Source: Acidobacteriota bacterium | GTDB taxonomy: Bacteria; Acidobacteriota; Thermoanaerobaculia; Multivoradales; UBA5704 | DNA: 64,000 bases | Direction of reading: 5' to 3' | NCBI GenBank assembly: GCA_040005235.1 | Contig: JBDTZG010000008.1 | Span: 1-64,000 of the forward strand | In this document: one piece after another, positions 29,105-38,681 of the stretch | Layout: each line of letters starts with the position of its first letter | Numbering within the stretch: the stretch's first letter is position 1 | Notes under the pieces: generated by a model | What the model was told of the DNA's origin: nothing | What the model saw: the letters and a program-made list of their open reading frames with translations, nothing else | Database searches by the model: none | Program-made: the position numbers and the translations under genes

Positions 29105-29602
29105 ATGGCGCTCTTCCGACGCGATTCCCCCGCCCCCGCCCATTCCGTCACATTTACCGGTCCGTCCGGGGAACCGGGCGGCGGAACGCGGATTGCGCCG
29201 GGGGCGCGGTTCGAAGGGAAGATTACCGGGACGGTGGATTTAGTCGTCGACGGCGAGGTGATCGGTGAGATCGCGGTCTCCGCGGTCGTCCTGATCGGGC
29301 CTCAAGGGAGCGTCACCGGGCCGATCTCGGCGCGCGTCGTGCGCGTAGCCGGCCGGGTTGCCGGCGATCTGCGCGGCGCCGAAAGGGTGGAGATAACAGC
29401 CACCGCCAACCTCGAAGGGGACATTGCCGCGCCGCGGGTGACGATCGCCGAAGGCGCGTTTTTCAAAGGGCGGGTCGAAATGAAACCCGCTCCGGGGTCC
29501 GAGCCGGCCGCCGGAGGCAAGACCCCGCCAACCCCCAACTCAACCGACCGGGCGCACGACGGGCGCCCCACCAAGCCCCCCGAGGGGCCGAGGAACGGAT
29601 AG
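29105..29602 (+). CDS. Bactofilin (polymer-forming cytoskeletal protein)
   Basis: TRIAPGARFEGKI, VDGEVIGEI, GSVTGPI, IAEGAFFKGRVEM. Confidence 0.92.
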   Translation: MALFRRDSPAPAHSVTFTGPSGEPGGGTRIAPGARFEGKITGTVDLVVDGEVIGEIAVSAVVLIGPQGSVTGPISARVVRVAGRVAGDLRGAERVEITATANLEGDIAAPRVTIAEGAFFKGRVEMKPAPGSEPAAGGKTPPTPNSTDRAHDGRPTKPPEGPRNG

Positions 29603-30715
29603 ATGCGCATCGGAATTCCGACCGAGATCAAGAATCACGAGTACCGCGTCGGCATGACCCCGGCCGGCGTGCACGCCCTGGTCGAGCGCGATCACGCGGT
29701 CGTGGTGCAAGCGGGCGCGGGGCTCGGCAGCGGCTTCGGAGACGAGCAGTACGCCGAGGCTGGTGCGCGCATCGAGGCCGATGTCGAGAAGGTCTGGGCC
29801 GAGTCCGAGATGATCATCAAAGTGAAGGAGCCGGTGGCGCCCGAGTACCCCAGGATGCAGCGCGGCCAGCTCCTGTTCACCTACCTGCACCTTGCGCCGC
29901 TGCCGGAGCTGACCGACGTGCTGGTCGAGCGCGAGGTCGCGGGCGTCGCTTACGAGACGATCACCGACGCCGAAGGGAGGCTGCCGCTGCTCACCCCGAT
30001 GTCCGAGGTCGCCGGCCGGATGTCGGTGGTGGTCGGAGCGAGCTACCTTCAGAAGACTCACGGCGGACGCGGCACACTGCTCGCGGGTATCCCCGGAGTG
30101 CCGCCGGGCGACGTGGTGATCATAGGCGGCGGCATCGTCGGCATCAACGCGCTCAAAATGGCGATGGGGCTCGGCGCGAGCGTCACCGTGCTCGACACCA
30201 ACCTCGACCGCCTGCGCTACATCGACGACATGTTCCAGGGCCAGGTGATTACGGTGGCGAGCAATCGCCACAACCTGCTCGCCGCCTTGAAGCGCGCCGA
30301 TCTTTTGATCGGCGCGGTGCTGATCCCCGGCCGCGCGGCGCCGAAGCTGGTGACTCGCGAGATGATCGGGATGATGAAGCCGGGCTCGGTGGTGGTCGAC
30401 GTCGCGGTCGACCAGGGCGGCTGCTTTGAAACCACCCACGCGACCACCCATTCCGATCCGGTCTACACGGTCGACGGCGTGATCCATTACTGCGTCGCGA
30501 ACATGCCGGGAGCGGTGCCCCGCACCTCGACGTTCGGCCTGACCAACGCGACTTTGCCCTATGCGCTGGCGCTCGCGAACAAGGGGTTGAAGCAGGCGGC
30601 GCTCGACGATCCGGGGCTGCTCGAAGGGATCAACACGCTCAAGGGGTTCGTCACTTCGAAGCCGGTCGCGGATTCGCTCGGCCGGTCGTATCGCGAGGCG
30701 CGCGAGCTGTTGTGA
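29603..30715 (+). CDS. ald: Alanine dehydrogenase
   Basis: [60 protein letters not shown]. Confidence 0.97.
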   Translation: MRIGIPTEIKNHEYRVGMTPAGVHALVERDHAVVVQAGAGLGSGFGDEQYAEAGARIEADVEKVWAESEMIIKVKEPVAPEYPRMQRGQLLFTYLHLAPLPELTDVLVEREVAGVAYETITDAEGRLPLLTPMSEVAGRMSVVVGASYLQKTHGGRGTLLAGIPGVPPGDVVIIGGGIVGINALKMAMGLGASVTVLDTNLDRLRYIDDMFQGQVITVASNRHNLLAALKRADLLIGAVLIPGRAAPKLVTREMIGMMKPGSVVVDVAVDQGGCFETTHATTHSDPVYTVDGVIHYCVANMPGAVPRTSTFGLTNATLPYALALANKGLKQAALDDPGLLEGINTLKGFVTSKPVADSLGRSYREARELL

Positions 30716-30897
30716 CCCGGAGCCGTCGCGGAGACGTGCGTTTCGAGAATCTCGATACTCGAACCACGGCGTTCAGAGAGAAAATCCATCAGCGCCTCGC
30801 AAAAGGACCCGCGACGCCGATGGATTTCTCCGTGGTGAAAAGACTGATCCGGGAAGTGGTTGAAGCCAGGAAGAGTGAATAGGGCAGGTTCTCTTCT

Positions 30898-32032
30898 GTG
30901 ACGCCAAGTGCAGGTTTGCCTTCCCTCCTCGTCGGCTGCCTCGTCGCCGCGGTGGGAGGGCTCGCCCTCGTCTTGTCCTTCTTTCGCCGCCATCGGATCG
31001 CCGATCCGCTGCTCGCGTCGTTTGGCGGGTTCACGCTGCTCTACGGCGTTCGCCTTTTCTTTCAGAGCCCGCTCCTTCCGGGATTCGGCGTCAGCGAGCT
31101 GGCCTCCGATTGGGTGATCAGCCTCACGACCTATTTGATCAACGTCCCTGCCTGGGCCTTCTTCTGGCAGGTGCTGGGTGAAGGCCGGCGTTCGTTTCTG
31201 TTTAAATGGCTGATCGTGACCGGCGCGTTCTCGGTGGTCGGCGTCGCTTCCGATCTGAACCGCGGCTAACCGAACACGTTGAACGGGTGGCCGAACAATC
31301 TCCTCGTGGTCACCGGTCTGGTCGTCGCGATCGCCGCCCAGCTGTTTGCCGCGCCGGCTGCCCGAAGTTCCCCGCCTCAAGGTTGCCGCGCGATTCAAGC
31401 CGTCCTCCGCGGTCGCGGGCGACCTGTATGACTTCCTGGTCGTCGAGGGTAAGCGCCTGGGCCTGGTGGTGGCCGACGTTTCCGGCCACGGCGTTCCGGC
31501 GGCGCTGATCGCCTCGATGGTCAAAGTGGCGGTCAGCTCTCGATCCGATTGCGCCGACGATCCGGCCCGCCTGTTGACGGAGGTGAACCGCACCCTATGC
31601 GGCAGCTTCGAGAGCGGATTCGTCACCGCGACCTACCTCTATTTCGATCCCGCGGCCGGCACGCTTGCCGCGGCGAATGCGGGTCACCCGTCGCCGCTTC
31701 TTCTCCGCGCCTCCGGCGTCCTCCAGGAGATCGGCGGGCGCGGGCCGATCCTCGGCCGTTTCGCAAAGGCAAGCTTCCAGGCGGAGAGCCTGGCCCTGGC
31801 CCCCGGAGATCGGCTCTTGCTCTATACCGACGGTCTCACCGAGGCCCGCGACGCAGCCGACGAGATGTTCGGCGAGGAGCGGCTCGGAGCCTTCGTCCGC
31901 GGCCATGGGCAACTGGAGATCGAGCCGTTCTGCGACGCCCTGCTCGACGAGCTGCGCCGGTTCACCTCGGGGCGTGGAGAGCTGGCCTTGGAAGATGATC
32001 TGACGATTGTGGTGGTGGACGTTCAAGGCTAG
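30898..32032 (+). pseudogene. Membrane-anchored SpoIIE/RsbU-type PP2C phosphatase, disrupted
   Basis: N-terminal TM region with in-frame TAA at 31267, frame change near 31345, then intact PP2C motifs GDLYD, ADVSGHG, NAGH, LYTDG, DDLT. Confidence 0.85.
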
Positions 32033-32093
32033 GAGCGTCGTTCGCCTTGAGATCGCGCTGGTATGCTTGGCCTCTCTTAATCGGAGGTGGCCC

Positions 32094-33014
32094 ATGGCCC
32101 GACGCTCGCGGTTCGCGCTCTTCCTCGTTTCGCTCCTGGGTTTTACTCTTCTTCCTGCCTACGGTGCGGCCGCCGCGCCCAAGAAACCCGCGAAGCCCGC
32201 GGCCAAGCCGGCGGCAAAGCCAAAGAAACCCACCGGTCCCTACTTCCGGCTCGACAAGGTGACCTCGACGTTTTCTCACTTCTGTGGGTTTCGGGCGGCG
32301 GGCGACAAGACCGGGGAGGTCAAAACGCTCCTGGTCTTCTCCGACGTGCCGGTCGATTGCGCCGCGGCCGATGCCGAGTTCGATCCCGAGGGAGCGATCG
32401 AGGTGCAGATCGACGGCCTAAAAGGGGCCTACGTCGAGCTGCATCTCGACCCGGATGGCAAACACGCGAACGGCAACTGGAAGTCCAACGAGCCGAACGA
32501 CGGCTTCAGCTTCGGCGGCCAGGGCGAGCTGGTCTTCGCGCGGCGTGATGAGGCGCGGGTCGAAGGGCGCTACCGCACGCTGACGCCCGAGAGTTTCTTC
32601 CAGCAGACGTTCGAATTCGACCTGCCGTTCGCGGTCGATCTCCTCGCCGGCTCGATGGCCGGCACCCCGTTGCCCAAGGGGGGCGGCGATCCGGGCAAGG
32701 CTTACCTCGCCTATTTGAAAGCGGTCGACAAGAAAGATCCGGCGGGGCTCCAGAAGTACTCGTCCGCGGCGCGCGCCTCGGAGATCAAGCAGCAGATCGC
32801 CGATGAGATCTTCGAAGGGATGTTCGACAGCGCGCGGACCCAGGAGCTCAAGACCGCAGCGGTCACCGGCGGTCTGATCCGCGGCAATCGCGCGAAGATC
32901 GACGTCTCCGGGGTCAACTACGACGGGGACAAAGTGGGCGGCCAGATCTTCCTGCTGCAAGAAAACGGCACCTGGAAGGTCGATTCGAAAGCCATCGGCA
33001 TTCGTTTCGACTAG
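32094..33014 (+). CDS. Secreted hypothetical protein (C-terminal NTF2-like signature)
   Basis: GGAGG RBS, signal peptide, Lys/Ala/Pro linker, C-terminal 'LLQENGTWKV'. Confidence 0.8.
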   Translation: MARRSRFALFLVSLLGFTLLPAYGAAAAPKKPAKPAAKPAAKPKKPTGPYFRLDKVTSTFSHFCGFRAAGDKTGEVKTLLVFSDVPVDCAAADAEFDPEGAIEVQIDGLKGAYVELHLDPDGKHANGNWKSNEPNDGFSFGGQGELVFARRDEARVEGRYRTLTPESFFQQTFEFDLPFAVDLLAGSMAGTPLPKGGGDPGKAYLAYLKAVDKKDPAGLQKYSSAARASEIKQQIADEIFEGMFDSARTQELKTAAVTGGLIRGNRAKIDVSGVNYDGDKVGGQIFLLQENGTWKVDSKAIGIRFD

Positions 33015-33064
33015 GCACGGGCGCGGCCGGCGGCGGATCTCACCCGTACGCTACACTTCCGAGC

Positions 33065-33883
33065 ATGCCGGAGCCACCTGCCGCACCGTCCCCTTCGACC
33101 CCCGACGCCCAATGGGGCAAAGCGACGGCCGACCGCGAAGAGATCCATTTCCTCGCCGGGCCGCGCTCGCGCAGCTCGGAGCTTGCGCGGGTCTTCCGCA
33201 TCATGCTCGAGTTGATTCGCGGGCTTCGCGGTCTCCATTTCGTCGGCCCCTGCGTCACCGTGTTCGGCTCAGCTCGCTTTCCCGAGACGCACCCCTGGTA
33301 CGCGCTCGCCCGCGAGGTCGGTGCCCGGCTTGCGCAGGCGGGCTTTACGGTCATGACCGGCGGGGGACCGGGGATCATGGAGGCCGCGAACCGCGGCGCC
33401 AAAGACGTCCGCGGTCGGTCGATCGGCTGCAACATCGTCCTGCCGCGCGAGCAGCAGCCGAATCCCTATCTCGACCGGTTCCTTGAATTCCGCTACTTCT
33501 TCGTCCGCAAGGTCATGCTGGTCAAGTACTCGTACGCGTTCGTGGCGCTGCCGGGCGGCTTCGGCACGATGGACGAGATGTTCGAATGCCTGACTCTGAT
33601 CCAGACGGGCAAGATTCAAAACTTCCCCGTGGTGCTGATGGGGGTCGACTATTGGCGGCCGCTGATCGAATTCCTGCGCGACACGATGGTGCCCAAGGGG
33701 ACGATCGCGCCTGAGGATCTGGAGCGGGTGACGGTCACCGATTCAGTCGAGGAAGCGGTCGCCGAGATCGTCAAGGCGGGGACCGAGGAATTCGGCCTCG
33801 CCCCCGAGAAGAAGTCGCCGCGCCGCCGCTGGTTCTTGGGCGAGCGCCCCATCGAGGAGGCCGGGGCAGGATCGCTCGATTGA
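33065..33883 (+). CDS. LOG family nucleotide phosphoribohydrolase (TIGR00730-type)
   Basis: VTVFGSAR, TGGGPGIMEAANRGA, FFVRKVM, PGGFGTMDE. Confidence 0.95.
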   Translation: MPEPPAAPSPSTPDAQWGKATADREEIHFLAGPRSRSSELARVFRIMLELIRGLRGLHFVGPCVTVFGSARFPETHPWYALAREVGARLAQAGFTVMTGGGPGIMEAANRGAKDVRGRSIGCNIVLPREQQPNPYLDRFLEFRYFFVRKVMLVKYSYAFVALPGGFGTMDEMFECLTLIQTGKIQNFPVVLMGVDYWRPLIEFLRDTMVPKGTIAPEDLERVTVTDSVEEAVAEIVKAGTEEFGLAPEKKSPRRRWFLGERPIEEAGAGSLD

Positions 33884-33905
33884 GGTCCCGGCTACCGAGC
33901 TCCTT

Positions 33906-35234
33906 TTACAGCATCTTGCTCGCCAGGTTCGCCAGCTCCGACCGCTCGCCCTTGTCCAGATTGATGTGGGCGTAGAGCGACTGGCCTTTGATCCGGTCGA
34001 TCAGGTACGAGAGCCCGTTCGAATGCGCGTCCAAGTACGGCGTGTCGATCTGGTAGATGTCGCCGGTCAAGATGATCTTGGTGTTCTCGCCTGCGCGGGT
34101 GATGATCGTCTTCACCTCGTGGGGAGTGAGGTTCTGCGCCTCGTCGACGACGAAGATGACGTTCGAAAAGCTCCGCCCGCGGATGTAGGCGAGGGGGACC
34201 ACGTGAAGCTTCTCCTGCTCGACCAGCTCGTCCACCCGTTTGAAATCGCGCTCGCGCTCGCCGAACTGGTTCTTGATGATCCCCAGGTTGTCCCAGAGCG
34301 GCTGCATGTAGGGGTCGATCTTCGACTTGATGTCGCCCGGGAGGAATCCCAGGTCGCGGTTCGACAGCGGTACCACCGGCCGCGCGACGTAGATCTGGCG
34401 GAACTGGCGCCGCTGTTCGAGCGCGCCCGCCAGAGCGATCAAGGTCTTCCCCGTGCCGGCCGGGCCGCTGATCGTCACCAAGGGCACGTCGGGATTCAAG
34501 ACGGCGTGGAGCGCAAAGGTCTGCTCGGCGTTCCGCGGCGAAACGCCGTAGGCCTGGGTCTTATGGACCCGCTCCAGCCGGTCGGTCTTCGGGTTGTAGG
34601 TCGCGAGCGCCGAGTTCGAGCTGGACCGGAGGATGAAGTACTGGTGGGCGATGGGGGCATCGGACAGAACCTCGCGCGCCGGGAGCGAATCGGTCTGATA
34701 GAGCCGGTCGATCAGTCCCGAATCGCCGACCTCGATCTCCTGCTTGCCGGTGTAGAGGTGGGCGAGATCTTTGATCCGGACCGTCTCGTAATCCTCGGCT
34801 TCGAGGTTGAGCGCCCGGGCCTTCAATCGAAGGTTGATGTCCTTGCTGACCAGGATCACCCGCCGGCCCGGCTCGCTCTTCGAGAGGGCGAGAACCGTGT
34901 TCAAGATCCGATGATCGGCCTTGCGCGAGCCGAAGACCGCCCCCGCATCCACGTCGACATCCTCTTCAGTGATCACCCGGAAGCGCCCGCGCGAGGTGCC
35001 ATCAAGCGGAATCCAAGATTGGAGCAGGTTGTGCTCGGACAATCGGTCCAGCTCGCGGATGAACTCGCGCGCCTGAAGGTTCAGGACCGAGTTGCCCTTC
35101 TTGAAGCCGTCCAGCTCTTCGAGAACGGCGATCGGCAGCGCGACGTCGTGCTCCTGGAAGTTCTGGAGGGCGGTGAAATCGTAGAGGACGACGGAGGTAT
35201 CGAGAACGAAGATCTTGCGCGCGACGTCGGACAT
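33906..35234 (-). CDS. PIN-PhoH (PhoH2/YlaK-like) ATPase
   Basis: FVLDTSV PIN start, VSKDINLR, GPAGTGKT, RGRS, VDEAQN, GDIYQID. Confidence 0.93.
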   Translation of the reverse strand: MSDVARKIFVLDTSVVLYDFTALQNFQEHDVALPIAVLEELDGFKKGNSVLNLQAREFIRELDRLSEHNLLQSWIPLDGTSRGRFRVITEEDVDVDAGAVFGSRKADHRILNTVLALSKSEPGRRVILVSKDINLRLKARALNLEAEDYETVRIKDLAHLYTGKQEIEVGDSGLIDRLYQTDSLPAREVLSDAPIAHQYFILRSSSNSALATYNPKTDRLERVHKTQAYGVSPRNAEQTFALHAVLNPDVPLVTISGPAGTGKTLIALAGALEQRRQFRQIYVARPVVPLSNRDLGFLPGDIKSKIDPYMQPLWDNLGIIKNQFGERERDFKRVDELVEQEKLHVVPLAYIRGRSFSNVIFVVDEAQNLTPHEVKTIITRAGENTKIILTGDIYQIDTPYLDAHSNGLSYLIDRIKGQSLYAHINLDKGERSELANLASKML

Positions 35235-35339
35235 GGGGTGAGGGGTTCCTCCAAAAAATACCGACCCCAAGGCTAACGCACGGCGATCGATCGGACCAGG
35301 GGGAGGGGCTTTCCGAACGCAGCCGACCTGGATGTGATT

Positions 35340-38300
35340 TCAGTTCGCACGGAATTCGCGCTGCCATCGCGAAGCGAGCGCCGCGCGAAGCGGCAGCGCG
35401 AGCGGCAGCAACATCCCGCCGAAAGGGAGCGCGGCGGTCGCCTGGAGGAACCCACCCGCGAGGCGTAGGGGAAGTGGGATCGAGCGGTCGAAGAGGTGCC
35501 CGGGGCGCCAGGGTCGCAGGAACCAGACCGCTCGAACGCGGTGGAGCGCGAGGTGCGCGAGGGGAGAAGCGAACGCCACGGCGACCAGAAGCACCGGGCC
35601 GGCACCGGGAGTCGTGAGAGGGCGGCCGAGCGGGATTAGGGCCGCGGCGAGGGCCAGGTAGAGGAAGAGCCAGCGGAAACGGCGGAGCCCCTCGGGTACG
35701 GGAGCGGATCCCAGGATCACCAGGAAACCGCCGACCGCAGCGAAGGCCAGCACCAAAGACAGGGTGATGACGAAGTCACGCATCCGGCCGGCGCCGGCGA
35801 TCGGGCCGAGGACGAGCCCGAACGCGGTCGCCGCCTGGGTGAGGAAGAGCGCGCGGGCCGCGCCGGGAAGGTCGTTCCGCTCCGTCACAGTGCCGCGTCC
35901 GAGCGCACGGGTCGCCCGCGCGGCGCCGAGGGCCGCGAGACCCGCGACGGCTCCACCGGCGGCCAGCGCCCAGAGGTCGAATCGACCCGCCGCGAGGAGG
36001 CGCAGCCCATCCCACTCGCGCAGGCGGAGGCCGGCTGCCAGCTCCAGGCGACCCGCAAGCCAGGAGACGAGGCCCGCGAGCGCGAGCGCATCGAACGCCG
36101 TAAGAAGGCACTTCCAGCGCAGGAACGAGAGCCTTCCCTTCTCAGCGCGGCTCTCGTGGGTCGGCGCGGAAGGTGAACGAGCGAGTGCCACTTCGAGCGG
36201 TTCATTGGTGTCCGAAGTCCGCCGCCCGTAGGCCGACCCAACGAGGGTCTCGCTTCGTCGCTCGGCGGGCAGGAAGATGCGCAGCACGACCGGCAAGATC
36301 GAAAACGGGGCCGGGAGGAGCACGAGCAGCGGAAAGAGGTCGCGCTCGCGGCGCGGGCCGGGCCGAGCCGGCTCGGTGGCGACTTTTTCAGCCAACTCTT
36401 GGCGCAAGAGGAGCGCCGCGCCGACATGCAGGGCGGCGAGCACTACGACCGCCACGGGGAACGGCGCCTGTACGGCGAGCCAGATCGAGAGCCCGATGAG
36501 CGGCAGCACCGAGAGCGCCGCGGCGACGGCGGGCACGCCGAGCCGCAGCCCCGAGTCGGAGCGCGGTGTTTGCCGCGCAGCGGCGCCGAGATCGAGCGGT
36601 GGGATCGCCGACATGCGACGCTCGACGAACCGGCGCCAGGCGGGGATCAGCACCAAGCCGAGGCCGGGGATCGCGGAAGCGATGCGGCGCGCGGCGATCC
36701 AGAGCCGAGGAAGCGTGCGCGGAAACGGCGTCTTGGCCTCGAGGTAGCCGTCGGCGATCCAGGCTTGGAGCGGCAAGAAGGCGAGCGAGGCGGCGCCGAG
36801 CAAGTTGGCGATCTGGGGCTCGATCGTGATCGGTGCGTAGCCGCGAGGCCAGAGCTGCGATTCGCCCACGAGACCGCCGACCAGGAGCAGCATCGAGCTG
36901 ACGAACGCCGAATCGCCGAGCTCGAAGTGACGCCAGGGGCCGCCGCCGCGCAGATCGATCCGCGCCCGGAAACGGCGTCGCGCGATCCGTTGGGCGCGCT
37001 CCTTCGTGCTCCCGGCCGATGGGGAAGCAACGTCGATCTCTCTCGGGAGTGCCTCGGCGCGGGCGCGCAGCAGGCGCCGGGCGAGGCGCGTCCTCCAACC
37101 GCGAGGCAGCAGCGCGAGGGCAGGAAGGGCCAGCCCGCCGAACGGCAGGGCGACCGCCGCGACCAGCGCCGCGATCGAGAGGCGGGTCGAGCGCGGCAGG
37201 TGCCGATCCGCCAGGTCGGCGAGGCGCACCGGTTTGAGGGCGTTGGAACCGAGGGTCGCGAGCAGCACCACGCGGGCGGCGAGCGCTTCAGGCAGCAGGG
37301 GAGGAAGGAGGTCCGACCGTGTCCTGGCGAGCAGAGCGATGCCGACCGCGAGCGCAAACCCGCCGATCATGCCGATCAAGAGCGTGCCGACTCTCAACCC
37401 ACCCCCTTCGGGATCGGGGAGGCGGAGGGTGTAGTCGAGTAGGGCGGTGAGCAGCAGGACCAGCGCTCCGAGCGCACCCGAGTAGACCGCGAGGGAAATC
37501 ATCGCGGGAACGGCGTGGCTCGCCCAAAGGGCTCCGCCTTCTAGACCGATGAGCGCGAGGCCCGGCGCCACCGAGAGCAGGATCGCACGCGGCAGGGCGC
37601 GGATCAGCGCTCCTCGCCGAGCCATCGGTCCCGCCTGGATGACGTCTTTCACCACGTACGCCGCCGCGACGGCCATCGAGAGGACGAGCCAGATTGCCAT
37701 CGCGAGGCGCGCCCCCTCGATCTCTCCGCTCTTGGCGAGCAGAGCGCCGACCGGCGCCGTCTCGAACGGCAGGAGCACCACGGCGATCCCGGTGTAGAGG
37801 TCGCGCCGCCGCTCGGCCCGGTTCGGTTCCAGCGGGATTGGAGCGGTGCGCCGCCGGTTCTGCCAGAGCGCGAAGACGAACGTCGTCTCCTCGCGCCCTT
37901 CCCGCGCGGCGAGCACCCAAGGCCCGAGGGCGGCGAGCGGCCAGGCGCCGGGCAAGAAGAAGGTGAACGGCAACGCCTGATGGAACGCGCGGCGGAGTCG
38001 GCTCGCTGGGAGGCTTGGAGCGTAGATCCAGGTGGAGACGAAGCCGGCGATCTGCAAGAGCACGTGCGCCGCCGTGGCGAACCGGGTGCCTGCAAGCCCC
38101 GCCGGGGGTGGTGCTGCGAGCGCTGCGAGCAGAGCGAGGAACGGCACGACCTGGCCAGCGACCGTCCAGGCGACGAGGAATCCCAAGTCAGTGCGCAGCC
38201 TCGCCAGCAGGCGGTCGAGGCGCACCAGCGGCGGTCCTCTGCGCGCTACCCCGAGATCGAGCCGCGGTATGCCTTCGTCGGTGTCGCGTCCGAGCCGGCG

Positions 38301-38681
38301 CCAGGCGGGCCAGGCGTGCAGGCCGACCACCGGCAGAGCGGCGAGGGCCGCCAGGAGCGCCCGCAAAACGACCGGCAACGCACGGGCACCTGGTGTACGT
38401 GCGGCGAGCGAGCGGTGCAAGACGATCGCGTTCGCAACGAGCAGCAGGGCGAGAACCGGCCGCCACGCGGGATCGAGGGCCAAGCGATCGACGGGAACGA
38501 ACGAGCTCTCCAGGCCCCCTCTCCTTTCTGCGAATCGCAGGAACAGCAGCCCGCCGAGGCAGGCGAGCCCGACCAGCCTGGCGAAATACGAATCGTCCCA
38601 GGCGTGCCAGCGGGAGGTGCCCTGGGCGGTCCACGGTCCAGCGTTGGGGGAGCGCCTCATGGCCAAGCTCATTGCGGTCAT
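35340..38681 (-). CDS. Large polytopic membrane protein made of two homologous halves; third gene of CHAT-STAND operon
   Basis: Many hydrophobic segments; paired motifs ARTP..R.LP/AKTP..RTLP, PAWRR, IP.LDLG, ALPFGG; ATGA overlap with upstream gene. Confidence 0.75.
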   Translation of the reverse strand: MTAMSLAMRRSPNAGPWTAQGTSRWHAWDDSYFARLVGLACLGGLLFLRFAERRGGLESSFVPVDRLALDPAWRPVLALLLVANAIVLHRSLAARTPGARALPVVLRALLAALAALPVVGLHAWPAWRRLGRDTDEGIPRLDLGVARRGPPLVRLDRLLARLRTDLGFLVAWTVAGQVVPFLALLAALAAPPPAGLAGTRFATAAHVLLQIAGFVSTWIYAPSLPASRLRRAFHQALPFTFFLPGAWPLAALGPWVLAAREGREETTFVFALWQNRRRTAPIPLEPNRAERRRDLYTGIAVVLLPFETAPVGALLAKSGEIEGARLAMAIWLVLSMAVAAAYVVKDVIQAGPMARRGALIRALPRAILLSVAPGLALIGLEGGALWASHAVPAMISLAVYSGALGALVLLLTALLDYTLRLPDPEGGGLRVGTLLIGMIGGFALAVGIALLARTRSDLLPPLLPEALAARVVLLATLGSNALKPVRLADLADRHLPRSTRLSIAALVAAVALPFGGLALPALALLPRGWRTRLARRLLRARAEALPREIDVASPSAGSTKERAQRIARRRFRARIDLRGGGPWRHFELGDSAFVSSMLLLVGGLVGESQLWPRGYAPITIEPQIANLLGAASLAFLPLQAWIADGYLEAKTPFPRTLPRLWIAARRIASAIPGLGLVLIPAWRRFVERRMSAIPPLDLGAAARQTPRSDSGLRLGVPAVAAALSVLPLIGLSIWLAVQAPFPVAVVVLAALHVGAALLLRQELAEKVATEPARPGPRRERDLFPLLVLLPAPFSILPVVLRIFLPAERRSETLVGSAYGRRTSDTNEPLEVALARSPSAPTHESRAEKGRLSFLRWKCLLTAFDALALAGLVSWLAGRLELAAGLRLREWDGLRLLAAGRFDLWALAAGGAVAGLAALGAARATRALGRGTVTERNDLPGAARALFLTQAATAFGLVLGPIAGAGRMRDFVITLSLVLAFAAVGGFLVILGSAPVPEGLRRFRWLFLYLALAAALIPLGRPLTTPGAGPVLLVAVAFASPLAHLALHRVRAVWFLRPWRPGHLFDRSIPLPLRLAGGFLQATAALPFGGMLLPLALPLRAALASRWQREFRAN

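Noticed and set aside
28999-29110. tRNA-Gly as integration site of a genomic island
   Set aside because: No integrase nearby, I did not notice a duplicate of the tRNA 3' end, and downstream genes (bactofilin, ald) are ordinary.
30720-30885. Possible gene remnant ending 'MDFSVVKRLIREVVEARKSE'
   Set aside because: Too short, no clear start or RBS, and any family resemblance is too weak to support.
33966-35276. Long antisense/alternative-frame ORFs (also 20099..21682, 4561..5859, 37980..39824, 18193..20076, 62677..63576)
   Set aside because: They are shadows of real genes caused by high GC3 and few stop codons; Arg/Pro/Gly-rich with no motifs.
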